A stretch of 64,000 nt of DNA from an uncultured Actinomycetes bacterium (GTDB lineage Bacteria; Actinomycetota; UBA4738; HRBIN12): assembly GCA_963704725.1 (NCBI GenBank), contig OY969934.1:2432001-2496000 (forward strand), read 5' to 3'. Shown here piece by piece: positions 8,674-17,606 of the stretch. The translations under genes and the position numbers were made by a program. Position 1 is the first letter of the stretch; each line of letters starts with the position of its first letter. The notes beneath the pieces were generated by a model, which worked only from the letters and a program-made list of their open reading frames with translations, searched no databases and had not been told where the DNA came from.

Positions 8674-10323
8674 GTGGCCGGACACCCGCCCGTCGATCCG
8701 CGGACCGAGGCCTACGGCCTCGAGGGCCACGTCGTGACGATGGACGAGCACTTCACCGAGCTCGAGCGGGGCGTCGTCTACCTGCGGGCCGGGGAGATCG
8801 GCGCCGTCGCGCCGACCGACGCCCCACCGCCGCCGGGGTTCGAGCAGGCGCCAGTCATCGCCACCGGAGGGACGATCTTCCCCGGGCTGATCGAGCTCCA
8901 CAACCACCTGACCTACGACGTCCTGCCGCTGTGGAACGTCCCGCAACGGTTCCCGAACCGAGACAAGTGGTCGGCGGGCGCGATGCAGGCGACGTACCGG
9001 AAGAACATCAGCGGTCCGATGACCGTGCTGGGTCGAACGCCGGGTCTGATCGAGGCCGTCGTGCGCTACGTGGAGGCCAAGTGCCTCCTCGGCGGCGTGA
9101 CCACCTCGCAGGGCATCGCCCTGTTCAGCAACCAGGGCGCGCAGGCGTTCTTCCACGGCGTCGTCCGCAACGTCGAGAGCAGCACGATCCCGGGGATGCC
9201 GCCGGCGCTCACGCGGATCGGCGACGTCGAGGCGACGGACGTGGCGGCGTTCCTCCACCGGCTCGAGTCGAGCACCTGCCTGCTCCTGCACCTTTCGGAA
9301 GGGACCGACGTGGCGGCGCACGAGCACTTCGAGGCCCTGCACATCGCGGACGACGAGTGGGCGATCACCCCCGCGCTCGCCGGGATCCACAGCGTGGCGC
9401 TGGAGGGAGCCGACTTCGACGTGGTGGCCGAGCGCGGCGGCTCGATGGTGTGGTCCCCCTTCAGCAACCTGCTGCTGTACGGGGACACGGCGAAGATCGG
9501 CCTGGCCAGGTCCGCGGGCGTCACGATCGGACTGGGGTCGGACTGGTCGCCGAGCGGGAGCAAGAACCTGCTCGGCGAGCTGAAGGTGGCCCGCCTGTTC
9601 GACGCCGGTCGGGACGTGTTCGCGCACGACCGGGACCTCGTGGCGACGGCGACGCGGGATGCAGCGCGGGTCCTTCATTGGGACACCAAGGCCGGATCGC
9701 TCGAGCCGGGGAAGCGGGCCGACCTGCTCGTCCTCACCGGCCGAGCGGGAGACGCGTACGAGCGGCTGCTCGGCGCCCGGGAGACCTCGATCCGGATGGT
9801 GGCGATCGACGGCGTGCCCCGGTGCGGCGCGGTCGAGCTCATGGGCGAGTTCGACCTCGGGCCGGGGACGGAGCGGATCACGGTGGGCGACTCCGAGCGG
9901 GTCCTCAACCTCGCCGACCCCCAGGCCAACCCGATCATCGAGGCGCTGTCGCTGGCGGAGGCGACCGACCGCCTGCAGGAGGCCATGTCCGAGCTGCCCG
10001 AGCTGGCGAAAGGGTTGGAGAGTCCCTCCGCGTCGCTGTCGGCGGCGCTCGCCTCGGGGAGCGAGACGAGGTGGATGCTGCTGCTCGACCACGAGGAGCC
10101 GGCCGGGCTCGATCAGCGACCGCACCTGCCGGGGCCGGACGGGCTGCCCACGGCCGAGCTGCCGCTCGACCTCGCGCTCGCCAGCACGCCCCTGTCCGAG
10201 CTCCTCGAGCCGATCGCCCTCGACCCGCTCACCGTGTCCGACGACGGCACCTTCCTCGGGCGCGTGGCCGAGGAGATGAACCTGCCCGACGGGATCAAGC
10301 AGGGGCTGCCGGCCCTGTACTGA
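8674..10323 (+). CDS. Metal-dependent amidohydrolase (deaminase-like)
   Basis: PGLIELHNH, LHLSEG, IHS, GSDW, LEPGKRADL; GTG start 2 bp after the upstream stop. Confidence 0.85.
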   Translation: MAGHPPVDPRTEAYGLEGHVVTMDEHFTELERGVVYLRAGEIGAVAPTDAPPPPGFEQAPVIATGGTIFPGLIELHNHLTYDVLPLWNVPQRFPNRDKWSAGAMQATYRKNISGPMTVLGRTPGLIEAVVRYVEAKCLLGGVTTSQGIALFSNQGAQAFFHGVVRNVESSTIPGMPPALTRIGDVEATDVAAFLHRLESSTCLLLHLSEGTDVAAHEHFEALHIADDEWAITPALAGIHSVALEGADFDVVAERGGSMVWSPFSNLLLYGDTAKIGLARSAGVTIGLGSDWSPSGSKNLLGELKVARLFDAGRDVFAHDRDLVATATRDAARVLHWDTKAGSLEPGKRADLLVLTGRAGDAYERLLGARETSIRMVAIDGVPRCGAVELMGEFDLGPGTERITVGDSERVLNLADPQANPIIEALSLAEATDRLQEAMSELPELAKGLESPSASLSAALASGSETRWMLLLDHEEPAGLDQRPHLPGPDGLPTAELPLDLALASTPLSELLEPIALDPLTVSDDGTFLGRVAEEMNLPDGIKQGLPALY

Positions 10324-10348
10324 ACCGGCGCCCCGAGGAGGGAGACGC

Positions 10349-11707
10349 GTGCCCAGGATCATCGACCAGGACCTCCAGGCCACCGGCGTCGCCTCGGTGA
10401 TCGTCGTCCTGCGACCACCGTCGGCGGCCGCGGCTGCGGCCACGAACGTGCGAGACCTCGAGCGACACTTCACGCGCTCCGAGCGGAGCCACGAGGCCGC
10501 GCTCGGCCGCGAGGCGCGGTCGCGAGCCGCGCGCCGGCGCCGGAGCGGGCGTTCGCGCGCGGACGCGGAGGCGGCCGCGGCCGAGCCGCTCCGGGCGGCG
10601 GCGGCCTTCGAGCTTCGGCCGGTCGTCGCCGACGTGGACGACCCTGAGACCGAACCACCTCCCCTCGTCCGGTACTTCCCGAACCTGGGCGTGGCCTTCG
10701 GCACCGTCACCCGCGAGGGACTCGACGGGCTGACCGCCGACCCGCAGGTCGGGACGGTCCTCGGGGCGCCCCAGCTCAGCCTGATCCGCCCGACGAAGGT
10801 CGCCGCCGGCAGCGACGAGCGATCGGTCACGTGGGGCATCGAGGCGCTCGGCGTCCCCGAGCTCTGGTCGCAGGGGCTGTCGGGCGAGGGCGTCGTGGTC
10901 GGACACCTCGACACGGGGGCCGACGGGACCCATCCCGGGCTCGTGGAGGCGATCGCGCACTTCGCCGAGTTCGACCTCTTCGGGCGCCAGGTCGTCCCGG
11001 ACCCGGATCCGCACGACACGGGCGAGCACGGCACCCACACCGCCGGCACGATCGCCGGGCGTTCCGTCGACGGGCGCTCGTTCGGCGTGGCCCCCGGCGC
11101 GACGCTGGCCAGCGCGATCGTCATCGAGGGCGGCGAGGTCGTCGCCCGCATCCTCGGCGGCATGGACTGGGTCGTCGGGCAGGGGGCGCGCGTGCTCAGC
11201 ATGTCGCTCGGACTGCGCGGGTTCGCCGAGGACTTCGAGCCTCTCACGGACATCCTGCGCGCGAACGGCGTCCTGCCCGTGTTCGCGGTGGGGAACGAGG
11301 GACCGGGGACGAGCCGGTCGCCCGGAAACTACTCGGCCGCGCTTTCGATCGGCGCGATGGGCCCGAGTCGAGCCATCGCGTCGTTCTCCTCGAGCCAGGA
11401 GTTCGACCGGCCGGACGACGCGATCGTCCCCGACCTGGTCGCCCCCGGCGTCGACGTGGAGTCGGCGATGCCGGGCGGCGGCTTCCAGATCATGGACGGG
11501 ACCTCGATGGCCACGCCGCACGTCGCCGGCCTGGCCGCGCTGCTGTTCCAGGCCAAGCCCGAGGCGACCGTCGTCGAGGTCGAGGCAGCGCTGTTCGGGT
11601 CCTGCGTGCTCGAGCCGGGGTGGGAGGCCGAGCGAGCCGGGCGCGGCATGCCGCACGGGCCGGCCGCGCTGCAGCTCCTCGATGGGGGGTCGGGCGTCCC
11701 GGCCTGA
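10349..11707 (+). CDS. S8 subtilisin-like serine peptidase, no signal peptide
   Basis: Catalytic triad HLDTG / HGTHTAG / GTSMATPH, oxyanion AVGNEG; RBS GAGGAGG. Confidence 0.92.
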   Translation: MPRIIDQDLQATGVASVIVVLRPPSAAAAAATNVRDLERHFTRSERSHEAALGREARSRAARRRRSGRSRADAEAAAAEPLRAAAAFELRPVVADVDDPETEPPPLVRYFPNLGVAFGTVTREGLDGLTADPQVGTVLGAPQLSLIRPTKVAAGSDERSVTWGIEALGVPELWSQGLSGEGVVVGHLDTGADGTHPGLVEAIAHFAEFDLFGRQVVPDPDPHDTGEHGTHTAGTIAGRSVDGRSFGVAPGATLASAIVIEGGEVVARILGGMDWVVGQGARVLSMSLGLRGFAEDFEPLTDILRANGVLPVFAVGNEGPGTSRSPGNYSAALSIGAMGPSRAIASFSSSQEFDRPDDAIVPDLVAPGVDVESAMPGGGFQIMDGTSMATPHVAGLAALLFQAKPEATVVEVEAALFGSCVLEPGWEAERAGRGMPHGPAALQLLDGGSGVPA

Positions 11708-11748
11708 GGCCTGGGTAGCATCGGGTCCGGACCGAGGAGGCCCGCCCG

Positions 11749-12084
11749 ATGAGCGCTGCCGAAGCTGAGTCGAAAGCCGACGGCGAGCTGCAGCGTCAGC
11801 TCCGCGAGGCCGGCGAGGACGAGCCGGTCGAGGCCGTGTTCGTGCTGCACCGCCCGGACCGGGACGCGCTCCCCCCCGACGTGGTCCAGGGGCTGGCCGA
11901 CCGGCTCATCGACGAGGTGCAGACCGAGACGGGCTCGGCGGTCCACGACCGGAACGTGTTCCGCCACATGGGCTCGTTCGTCGTGGCCGCGAAGCCCGCG
12001 GTCATCCGCCGCCTCCTCGAGCGCCCGGAGGTGGCGTCGGCGCTCGCCAACCGCCGCCCCGGCCGGACCGATGGTCCGAGCTGA
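11749..12084 (+). CDS. Hypothetical protein resembling a subtilase propeptide/I9-type inhibitor
   Basis: 111 aa acidic alpha/beta pattern (VEAVFVL...NVFRHMGSFVVAAKPAVIRRLLERPEV); GAGGAGG RBS; follows the S8 gene. Confidence 0.6.
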   Translation: MSAAEAESKADGELQRQLREAGEDEPVEAVFVLHRPDRDALPPDVVQGLADRLIDEVQTETGSAVHDRNVFRHMGSFVVAAKPAVIRRLLERPEVASALANRRPGRTDGPS

Positions 12085-12396
12085 GCCATCCCACGGGCCT
12101 TTGACCGTGTGCCCCGGGTGCCGGGCCGAGCTCCCGCCCACGGGCTGGGTCCTCGATCGCCCCATGAACGCCTCGGGCGAGTGCTGGCAGGTGCACGGCG
12201 AGGTGGTCGGCTTCGAGCTGAACCACCCCTCCCTCTCGTGGGGCGGTTCCATCAGCTCACGGTCGACGCGTACGGCGCACAGCACGCGGTCTGGGAGACG
12301 TGGGCGGCGGAGCACGACGCCGTCGCGGGGCTCGCGGTCCGCCTCGACCTCACGGAGGATCGCCGGGCGTCCCGGCGAGGTCGACCTCGAACATGA
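12071..12396 (+). pseudogene. DUF5946-like gene remnant (frameshift plus internal deletion)
   Basis: CPGC...NASGECW in one frame, FHQLTVDAYGAQHA jumping directly to VWETW in another. Confidence 0.6.
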
Positions 12397-12802
12397 CGTG
12401 ACGGTTGCCGTCCCAGATCCCGCCTGCCTTGCCGTACATGGCCATCGCCGCGGGGTTGCCCTCGTCGGTGAGGACCCAGATCAGCCGGCACCCGAGCTCG
12501 GTCCCCAGCCGCTTGAGCTCCTCGAGGAGGGCCGAGCCCGCGCCACGCCGCCGGTACCGCTCGATCACGCCGATCTCGTTCAGGAAGAGCTCGGGTCCGC
12601 GCTTGTCCGGATGCAGGAGCTCGGTGGCCGAGACGAAGCCGGCGGGCTCGCCGTCCACGTACGCGACCATGAGGTGGTGCCGCCGGTCGGCGAGGAACTC
12701 CCTCGTCGCCTCGAGATCGACGGGGTCGTCGAAGGCCTCCTCGAACCGAGCGACCTCGCCCTCGTCGCCGGGCTCCATGCGACGCGTCACGACTGCGCCC
12801 AC
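12350..12802 (-). CDS. GNAT N-acetyltransferase
   Basis: ELFLNEIGV..RYRRRGAG, WVLTDEGNPAAMAMY. Confidence 0.88.
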   Translation of the reverse strand: MGAVVTRRMEPGDEGEVARFEEAFDDPVDLEATREFLADRRHHLMVAYVDGEPAGFVSATELLHPDKRGPELFLNEIGVIERYRRRGAGSALLEELKRLGTELGCRLIWVLTDEGNPAAMAMYGKAGGIWDGNRHVMFEVDLAGTPGDPP

Positions 12803-12877
12803 GGTGGGATCACGCTCCTGTTGCCGGTCCGAGCCGGCACGACAGCCTAGAGGACCCGCCGCGCTCGGACCGGGGAG

Positions 12878-13336
12878 CTAGCCACCGAAGGCCGCGGCGG
12901 CCGCCCGGACGACCTCCTCCTTCGGGACCTCGCGGATGCGCTGTGCCAGCCCCCAGCGATGCCCGAACGGATCTCGCACCTGTCCGTAGCGATGCCCCAG
13001 ACGCCGAGTGGCTGCAGGGCCTCGGCCTCCGCCTCCGTCACCCGGCGCCATAACCCCTCGACGTCGTCCGTGGAGATGTGCAGCACCGTCGCCGTTCCGC
13101 CGAAGCTCAGGGGGGAGACCCCCATCTCGGGGAACTCGTCGGCCACCATGACGGCCGAGTCCCCGAACCACAGCTCCACGTACATCAGCTTGCCGCCGGG
13201 GACCGGGAGGCGGTCGCGCTCCCTCGCGCCCCGGGGCCGACGCGTACCACTCGGCGGCGCGAGCGGCCCGGACGACGATGTGCGGCGTGATCGTGTGCAG
13301 TCCCTCGGGAACGGGCTTCACCTCGGAAGTCGTCAC
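12878..13336 (-). pseudogene. VOC/PhnB-like glyoxalase gene with several small deletions/frameshifts
   Basis: VKPVPEGLHTITPHIVVR, VELWFGDSAVMVADEFP and RYGQVRDPFGHRW lie in different frames. Confidence 0.72.
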
Positions 13337-14595
13337 GGGCTCCTCCTCTCGACGACGCGCATCGTCCATCGTCCCCTCGGTCCACCGGCCGCCGCGAGGC
13401 CGACCGCCGCCACCGCCGCGACGGCGGCGCCGGCGACGCTGAGCGCGGGCATCCCCCCGACCCCCACGACCAGCCCGGCGGCGGGGGCTCCCACGGCCGC
13501 GGCGGCGCTCATCGCCACCTCGCCGATGCCCTCCACGCCGGCTCGGATCCGATCCGGAACCGACGCGGCCAGCAGCGCGCTCGCCCCGACCATCCCGGCG
13601 TTCCACGAGACGCCGATCAGGAGCAGGTAGACGGTCATGGCCGACGCGCCGTCGAGGTCGAGCACGGCGCCGGCCAAGCCCACGGCGACGAGCAGCGCCA
13701 TCCCGCACGCCGCGACGAACACGGGACCGGCGCGATCGACGAGCCGGCCCGTCGCGATCGAAGGTCCGAACATCCCGGCCACGTGGATGCTGACGATGAA
13801 GCCCACCGCGTTCAGGTCATGACCGTGATCGACGAGATGGACCGGCGCGACGGCCATCGTGGCCACCATGACGAGGTTCGTGGCGGCGAGCACGCCGAGC
13901 GCGAGCCGGGCGCGTGCCGAGCGCAGGCCTTCCAGGACGCCGGTCGCGATCCGGCCCGAGATCCCCGGCCCATGGAGCGACCCACCCGGGCGCGAGCCTC
14001 CTCGCACGACCGACGCGGCGACGGCGAACGCGGGTGCTGCGACGAGGTAGAGACCCGTCAGCTCGGGGAGCCCGGCCGCGGACGCCACCCGTCCGGCGGG
14101 ACCGAGGAGGTTCGGGCTCGCCACGGCTCCCACGGCCGCGGCGAATAGCACGGCACCGAGCCCTCGGCCCCGGGCCGCCGGGCCGGCCAGGTCGGCGGCC
14201 GCGTACCGGCTCAGGAACACCGAGGCGCTCGCGCCGCCGAGGAGGAAGCTCCCGGCCAGGACCCCGGCCAGGCTCCCGGCGATCCCGGCGGCCGTCACGA
14301 CGAGCGCGCCCACGCATCCCGCCGCGTAGCCGAGCGACAGGCCTGCGGCACGTCCGAGCCGGGCCGCCCGCCGGGCGATCGCGAGCGCACTCACCGCGGA
14401 ACCCGCGATGAGGAAGCCGAGCGGGATCCCGGCCGCCGCAGGCGAGTGGCGGATCTCCGCCGCGAGCAGCGGGCCCGCCGTCCCGCCCGCCGCCAGGCCG
14501 AGGCTGCCGATCGCCGTCGCAACGGCGAGGCACCGGAGCCGTCGCCGCGCGTCGTCGGGAGCCTGGAGCCGGAGCGAGGACGGCCGATCGAACAT
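13333..14595 (-). CDS. MFS transporter
   Basis: About 12 hydrophobic segments, RYAAAD, HVAGMFGPS..TGRLVDRAG motif. Confidence 0.85.
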   Translation of the reverse strand: MFDRPSSLRLQAPDDARRRLRCLAVATAIGSLGLAAGGTAGPLLAAEIRHSPAAAGIPLGFLIAGSAVSALAIARRAARLGRAAGLSLGYAAGCVGALVVTAAGIAGSLAGVLAGSFLLGGASASVFLSRYAAADLAGPAARGRGLGAVLFAAAVGAVASPNLLGPAGRVASAAGLPELTGLYLVAAPAFAVAASVVRGGSRPGGSLHGPGISGRIATGVLEGLRSARARLALGVLAATNLVMVATMAVAPVHLVDHGHDLNAVGFIVSIHVAGMFGPSIATGRLVDRAGPVFVAACGMALLVAVGLAGAVLDLDGASAMTVYLLLIGVSWNAGMVGASALLAASVPDRIRAGVEGIGEVAMSAAAAVGAPAAGLVVGVGGMPALSVAGAAVAAVAAVGLAAAGGPRGRWTMRVVERRSP

Positions 14596-14624
14596 GCTCC
14601 GACCCTAGGACGCGGTTCCCGCCG

Positions 14625-14644
14625 GGGTCTTGAACCGAACGGAC
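14625..14644 (-). promoter_or_regulatory. Conserved 20-bp motif copy 1 (minus strand GTCCGTTCGGTTCAAGACCC) upstream of the MFS gene
   Basis: 19/20 identical to 16037..16056. Confidence 0.6.
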
Positions 14645-14668
14645 GAACCGAGGCCGGTGGCCCGGCGA

Positions 14669-15529
14669 TCAGACGGGAGCCGTCGCCCGCAGCAGGGCGA
14701 GACCGGCGTGGGCGAACGACGCGCGGTGATCGTGCGTGGGCGAGCAGTTCATCGCGAGCTCGCGGACGAAGGCCCTCGGGGTGAGTCCGCTCAGGTTCGA
14801 GCACTCCCGGCTGAGGTGCGCCTGGTCCGCGTAGCCGGACCGCGCGGCGAGCTCGGCCAGCGGCCGGCGCGTTCCGCCGTCGGCGTTCACGAGCGCCAGG
14901 AATCCCTGGAACCGCAGGATCCGGTGCAGCGCCTTCGGGCCGAGTCCGACGGCGGTCACGCACCGCCGTCGGAGCTGACGCTCCGAGATGAACAGGGACG
15001 CCGCGGCCGCGCCCGCCCCGCGCCAGGGCTGGAGCCGGTCGACCACCTCGACGACCAACGGATCGGGCTCCGTCGCCGGGCTCGCCCGCTCCCCAACCAT
15101 GGTCTCCAGACGGGCCATCGCTTCATCGGACGTGGAGGCGTCCCCCAGCCGCTCCGCGAGCTCGAACGCCCGCCGCCCCCACAGGCGGTCGAGCTCGATC
15201 TCGCGATCGACGAGCTCGGGGGCGGGCACGCCGAGGATCGACGGCGCCGCCCCAGGCCGGAACCGGATCCCCACGACCGCGCTGCCGGGATCGAGCGTCC
15301 CCACCGCGTGGAACCGGCGAGGACCGATCACGAGGGGAACCTCCGAGCCGACCCGGCAGGCGATCTCCGCCACCCCGTTCGGGACGGTCCGGTGACGGTA
15401 CGGCTCGGAGCCGGCCGGCACGTGCTGGACCCACACGCACGACGCGTACGGCGCGAGCCGCGGGTGCACGGACCGCTCGCGATAGCTCTGCGCCTCTAAG
15501 CGGTCCCGGATCGCGGGGGCGCCCGTCAC
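14669..15529 (-). CDS. AraC family transcriptional regulator (DUF6597-type N-terminus)
   Basis: GIRFRPG, ISERQLRRR, GYADQAHLSRE HTH motifs; GTG start overlaps the VOC stop. Confidence 0.88.
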   Translation of the reverse strand: MTGAPAIRDRLEAQSYRERSVHPRLAPYASCVWVQHVPAGSEPYRHRTVPNGVAEIACRVGSEVPLVIGPRRFHAVGTLDPGSAVVGIRFRPGAAPSILGVPAPELVDREIELDRLWGRRAFELAERLGDASTSDEAMARLETMVGERASPATEPDPLVVEVVDRLQPWRGAGAAAASLFISERQLRRRCVTAVGLGPKALHRILRFQGFLALVNADGGTRRPLAELAARSGYADQAHLSRECSNLSGLTPRAFVRELAMNCSPTHDHRASFAHAGLALLRATAPV

Positions 15530-15945
15530 GCCACCTCGAACTCCGGGTTCCACGCGACCTCCCACACGTGATCGTCCGGATCCTGGAAGTACCCGGCGTA
15601 ACCGCCGTAGAACGTGTCACTCGGGGGTTTGACGACCCTCGCGCCCGCCTCCTCGGCCTGCCGCATGATCGCGTCCACCTCGTCCTTGCCGCCGACGTTG
15701 TGGGCGATCGTGAACTCGGTGGGGCTGCGGGGGCCCTCGGAGATGCCCGTGTCGTGCGCGATGTCTCGGCGAGGCCACACCGCGAGCTTCAGGCCCGCCT
15801 GCAGGTCGAAGAACGCCACCGCCCCGTGCTCGAACTCCGTGCCGACGATCCCCGCGGTCGGCAGCCTCAGGCCGTCCCGATAGAAGCGGACGGACGCCTC
15901 GAGGTCGTCCACCCCGAGCGTGAGGAGCGTGATCCGCGGGTGCAT
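15526..15945 (-). CDS. VOC family protein
   Basis: ITLLTLGVDDL, FYGGYAGYFQDPDDHVWEVAWNP. Confidence 0.9.
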   Translation of the reverse strand: MHPRITLLTLGVDDLEASVRFYRDGLRLPTAGIVGTEFEHGAVAFFDLQAGLKLAVWPRRDIAHDTGISEGPRSPTEFTIAHNVGGKDEVDAIMRQAEEAGARVVKPPSDTFYGGYAGYFQDPDDHVWEVAWNPEFEVA

Positions 15946-16036
15946 GGGTTCCCCTTCCGAGCGGGAGGCGCGTCTGACGATGGTGCCAACGTCCAGGCCG
16001 AGGGTCAAGACTGCATCCTGTCGCCGAGATCGCCCC

Positions 16037-16056
16037 GGGTCTTGAACGGAACGGAC
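16037..16056 (-). promoter_or_regulatory. Conserved 20-bp motif copy 2 (minus strand GTCCGTTCCGTTCAAGACCC) upstream of the VOC-AraC unit
   Basis: 19/20 identical to 14625..14644. Confidence 0.6.
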
Positions 16057-16094
16057 ACGCGACGCGTGCCCGAACGAGGTCCGGCGGGAGGCCG

Positions 16095-16304
16095 TCAGGC
16101 GGTCGGCGCGAGGTCCAGGAAGTACCTGACGGCGCGGACGTTGCGGATCGCGAGGGGGATCCGGTTTGCGCGCAGGCTGTCGCGGAGCTGGTAGATGACC
16201 CGGCAGACGTCGTACGCGGTCACGGCCACGCTCCCCGGCCAGATGCGGCGGGCGAGCTCGGCGGAGGCGACGGGCTCACCGGGCTCGTCCACGAGGGCGA
16301 GCAT
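16095..16304 (-). CDS. Small OmpR/PhoB-type winged-helix domain protein (possibly a fragment)
   Basis: ELARRIW...VIYQLRDSL...IRNVRAVRY resembles Trans_reg_C. Confidence 0.5.
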   Translation of the reverse strand: MLALVDEPGEPVASAELARRIWPGSVAVTAYDVCRVIYQLRDSLRANRIPLAIRNVRAVRYFLDLAPTA

Positions 16305-16320
16305 CGCGCCTCCCTCTGCC

Positions 16321-16755
16321 TCAGACGCCGGGGTCGAGATGGCCCAGCCAGTCGGCCAGAGCCTCGACGCCCTGGCGTTGCGTCTCGCCGCCGCCGAGTC
16401 GGCCGAGCACACCCGTCCCGTCCATCATCATCAGCTTGAGACGGTCGCCGCCCGTCGTGCGAAGGATCAGCGTGGCCGAGGTCGCGTTCACGATGGCCGA
16501 GGCCAGGTTCGTCCCGCCGGCGTCACCGGCGCGAGCGGACGCGACCTGTTCGGGCGCGATCGAGATGACGTCCCCACTCGGGCGGCCGCGGCGGTCGAGG
16601 GGCTGCACGAGGAGCCGACGGTCGGTGACGCCGATCGCGACGGCCCGCCCCTTGAACGTGCTGTGCTGGGTGGCGGCGCAGATGCCGCGCAGCTCCTCGC
16701 CCTCCTCCAGATGCGTTTCGAGGTGGGATCGGTGGGTGGAAGCGAAGTCGGCCAC
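16321..16755 (-). CDS. Hypothetical protein (bacterial PH-like fold possible)
   Basis: Coding-like GC3; LEEGEELRG...IGVTDRRLLV pattern. Confidence 0.65.
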   Translation of the reverse strand: MADFASTHRSHLETHLEEGEELRGICAATQHSTFKGRAVAIGVTDRRLLVQPLDRRGRPSGDVISIAPEQVASARAGDAGGTNLASAIVNATSATLILRTTGGDRLKLMMMDGTGVLGRLGGGETQRQGVEALADWLGHLDPGV

Positions 16756-16794
16756 GGGCGGACTGTAGCCGGAACGCGCCCAGGGTGTTCCTTG

Positions 16795-17580
16795 CTAGGC
16801 GCGGATCACGACGGGCGTGCCGAGCGGGACGTCCAGGAGCGCGCCGAGCTCGCCGTTGTAGACGCGGACGCAGCCGTGCGAGACGGCCCGACCGCGATCG
16901 CTCGGATTCGCGGTTCCGTGCACGGCCATCCGGCCCTCGCCCGGCCACTCCGACAGGACGGGCGAGAACCCCGAGAGCCCGAGCGCCGCCGCGCCGTACG
17001 GCCCGCCGGGATCGTCGTAGGCGACCTTCACCCAGACGTAGAAGCGACCGGTCCCCGTGGGCGTGGCCGGCGAGCCCACCGCGACGCTGAACCGGTCGAC
17101 GAGCCGTTCGCCGACGAAGTGCCACAGCAGCCGCCGGGACAGGTCGACGACGATGCGTTCGGTCCGCCGCCGCACCTCGACGTCGCCGGCGCGGACCCAC
17201 GCGCTCGTCCCGTTGGGGCGGACCGGCAGGAGGACCCGGTACCACGCCGACCCGTCGAGCGTTCCCGCCCGATCGACCAGCAACGGGGCGAGCTGTCCCT
17301 TCGGGTTCCGCGTGTCCAGGCGGAAGTCGGCCGGTCCGCCGAGCGACGGCTCGTGCCACATCGGGACGAGACGCTCGCGCGGCACGGCGACCGTGTCGCC
17401 CTCCAGCCGGAGCCGTTCGAAGCGGGGGGGCGGGAACGTCTCAGGGCTCTCTCGAGCGGGCGCGGCCGCCGACGACGTCGCCCCCGCGCGAACCGGATCG
17501 TGGTCCGCCGGCGAACAGGCCGCGAGGACGAGGACCGCGGCGAGGAAGGTGGGAAGGCGCCGCATCACGACGGCGATCAT
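16795..17580 (-). CDS. L,D-transpeptidase lipoprotein
   Basis: Lipobox LAAC; TPTGTG, AVHGT, catalytic SHGCVR. Confidence 0.9.
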   Translation of the reverse strand: MIAVVMRRLPTFLAAVLVLAACSPADHDPVRAGATSSAAAPARESPETFPPPRFERLRLEGDTVAVPRERLVPMWHEPSLGGPADFRLDTRNPKGQLAPLLVDRAGTLDGSAWYRVLLPVRPNGTSAWVRAGDVEVRRRTERIVVDLSRRLLWHFVGERLVDRFSVAVGSPATPTGTGRFYVWVKVAYDDPGGPYGAAALGLSGFSPVLSEWPGEGRMAVHGTANPSDRGRAVSHGCVRVYNGELGALLDVPLGTPVVIRA

Positions 17581-17606
17581 CCCACGCCGCCCGCGACCGC
17601 GGGGCG

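Noticed and set aside
7885-10323. 812-aa UDG-amidohydrolase fusion ORF
   Set aside because: The linker is Arg-rich off-frame sequence, and the real UDG C-terminus is in the 8414..8671 frame with its own stop 2 bp before the amidohydrolase start.
8503-11253. Long antisense ORFs (916 aa here; similar ones at 26278..28581 and 56452..59004)
   Set aside because: Shadow frames opposite or overlapping well-supported genes, with Arg/Pro/Gly-rich composition.
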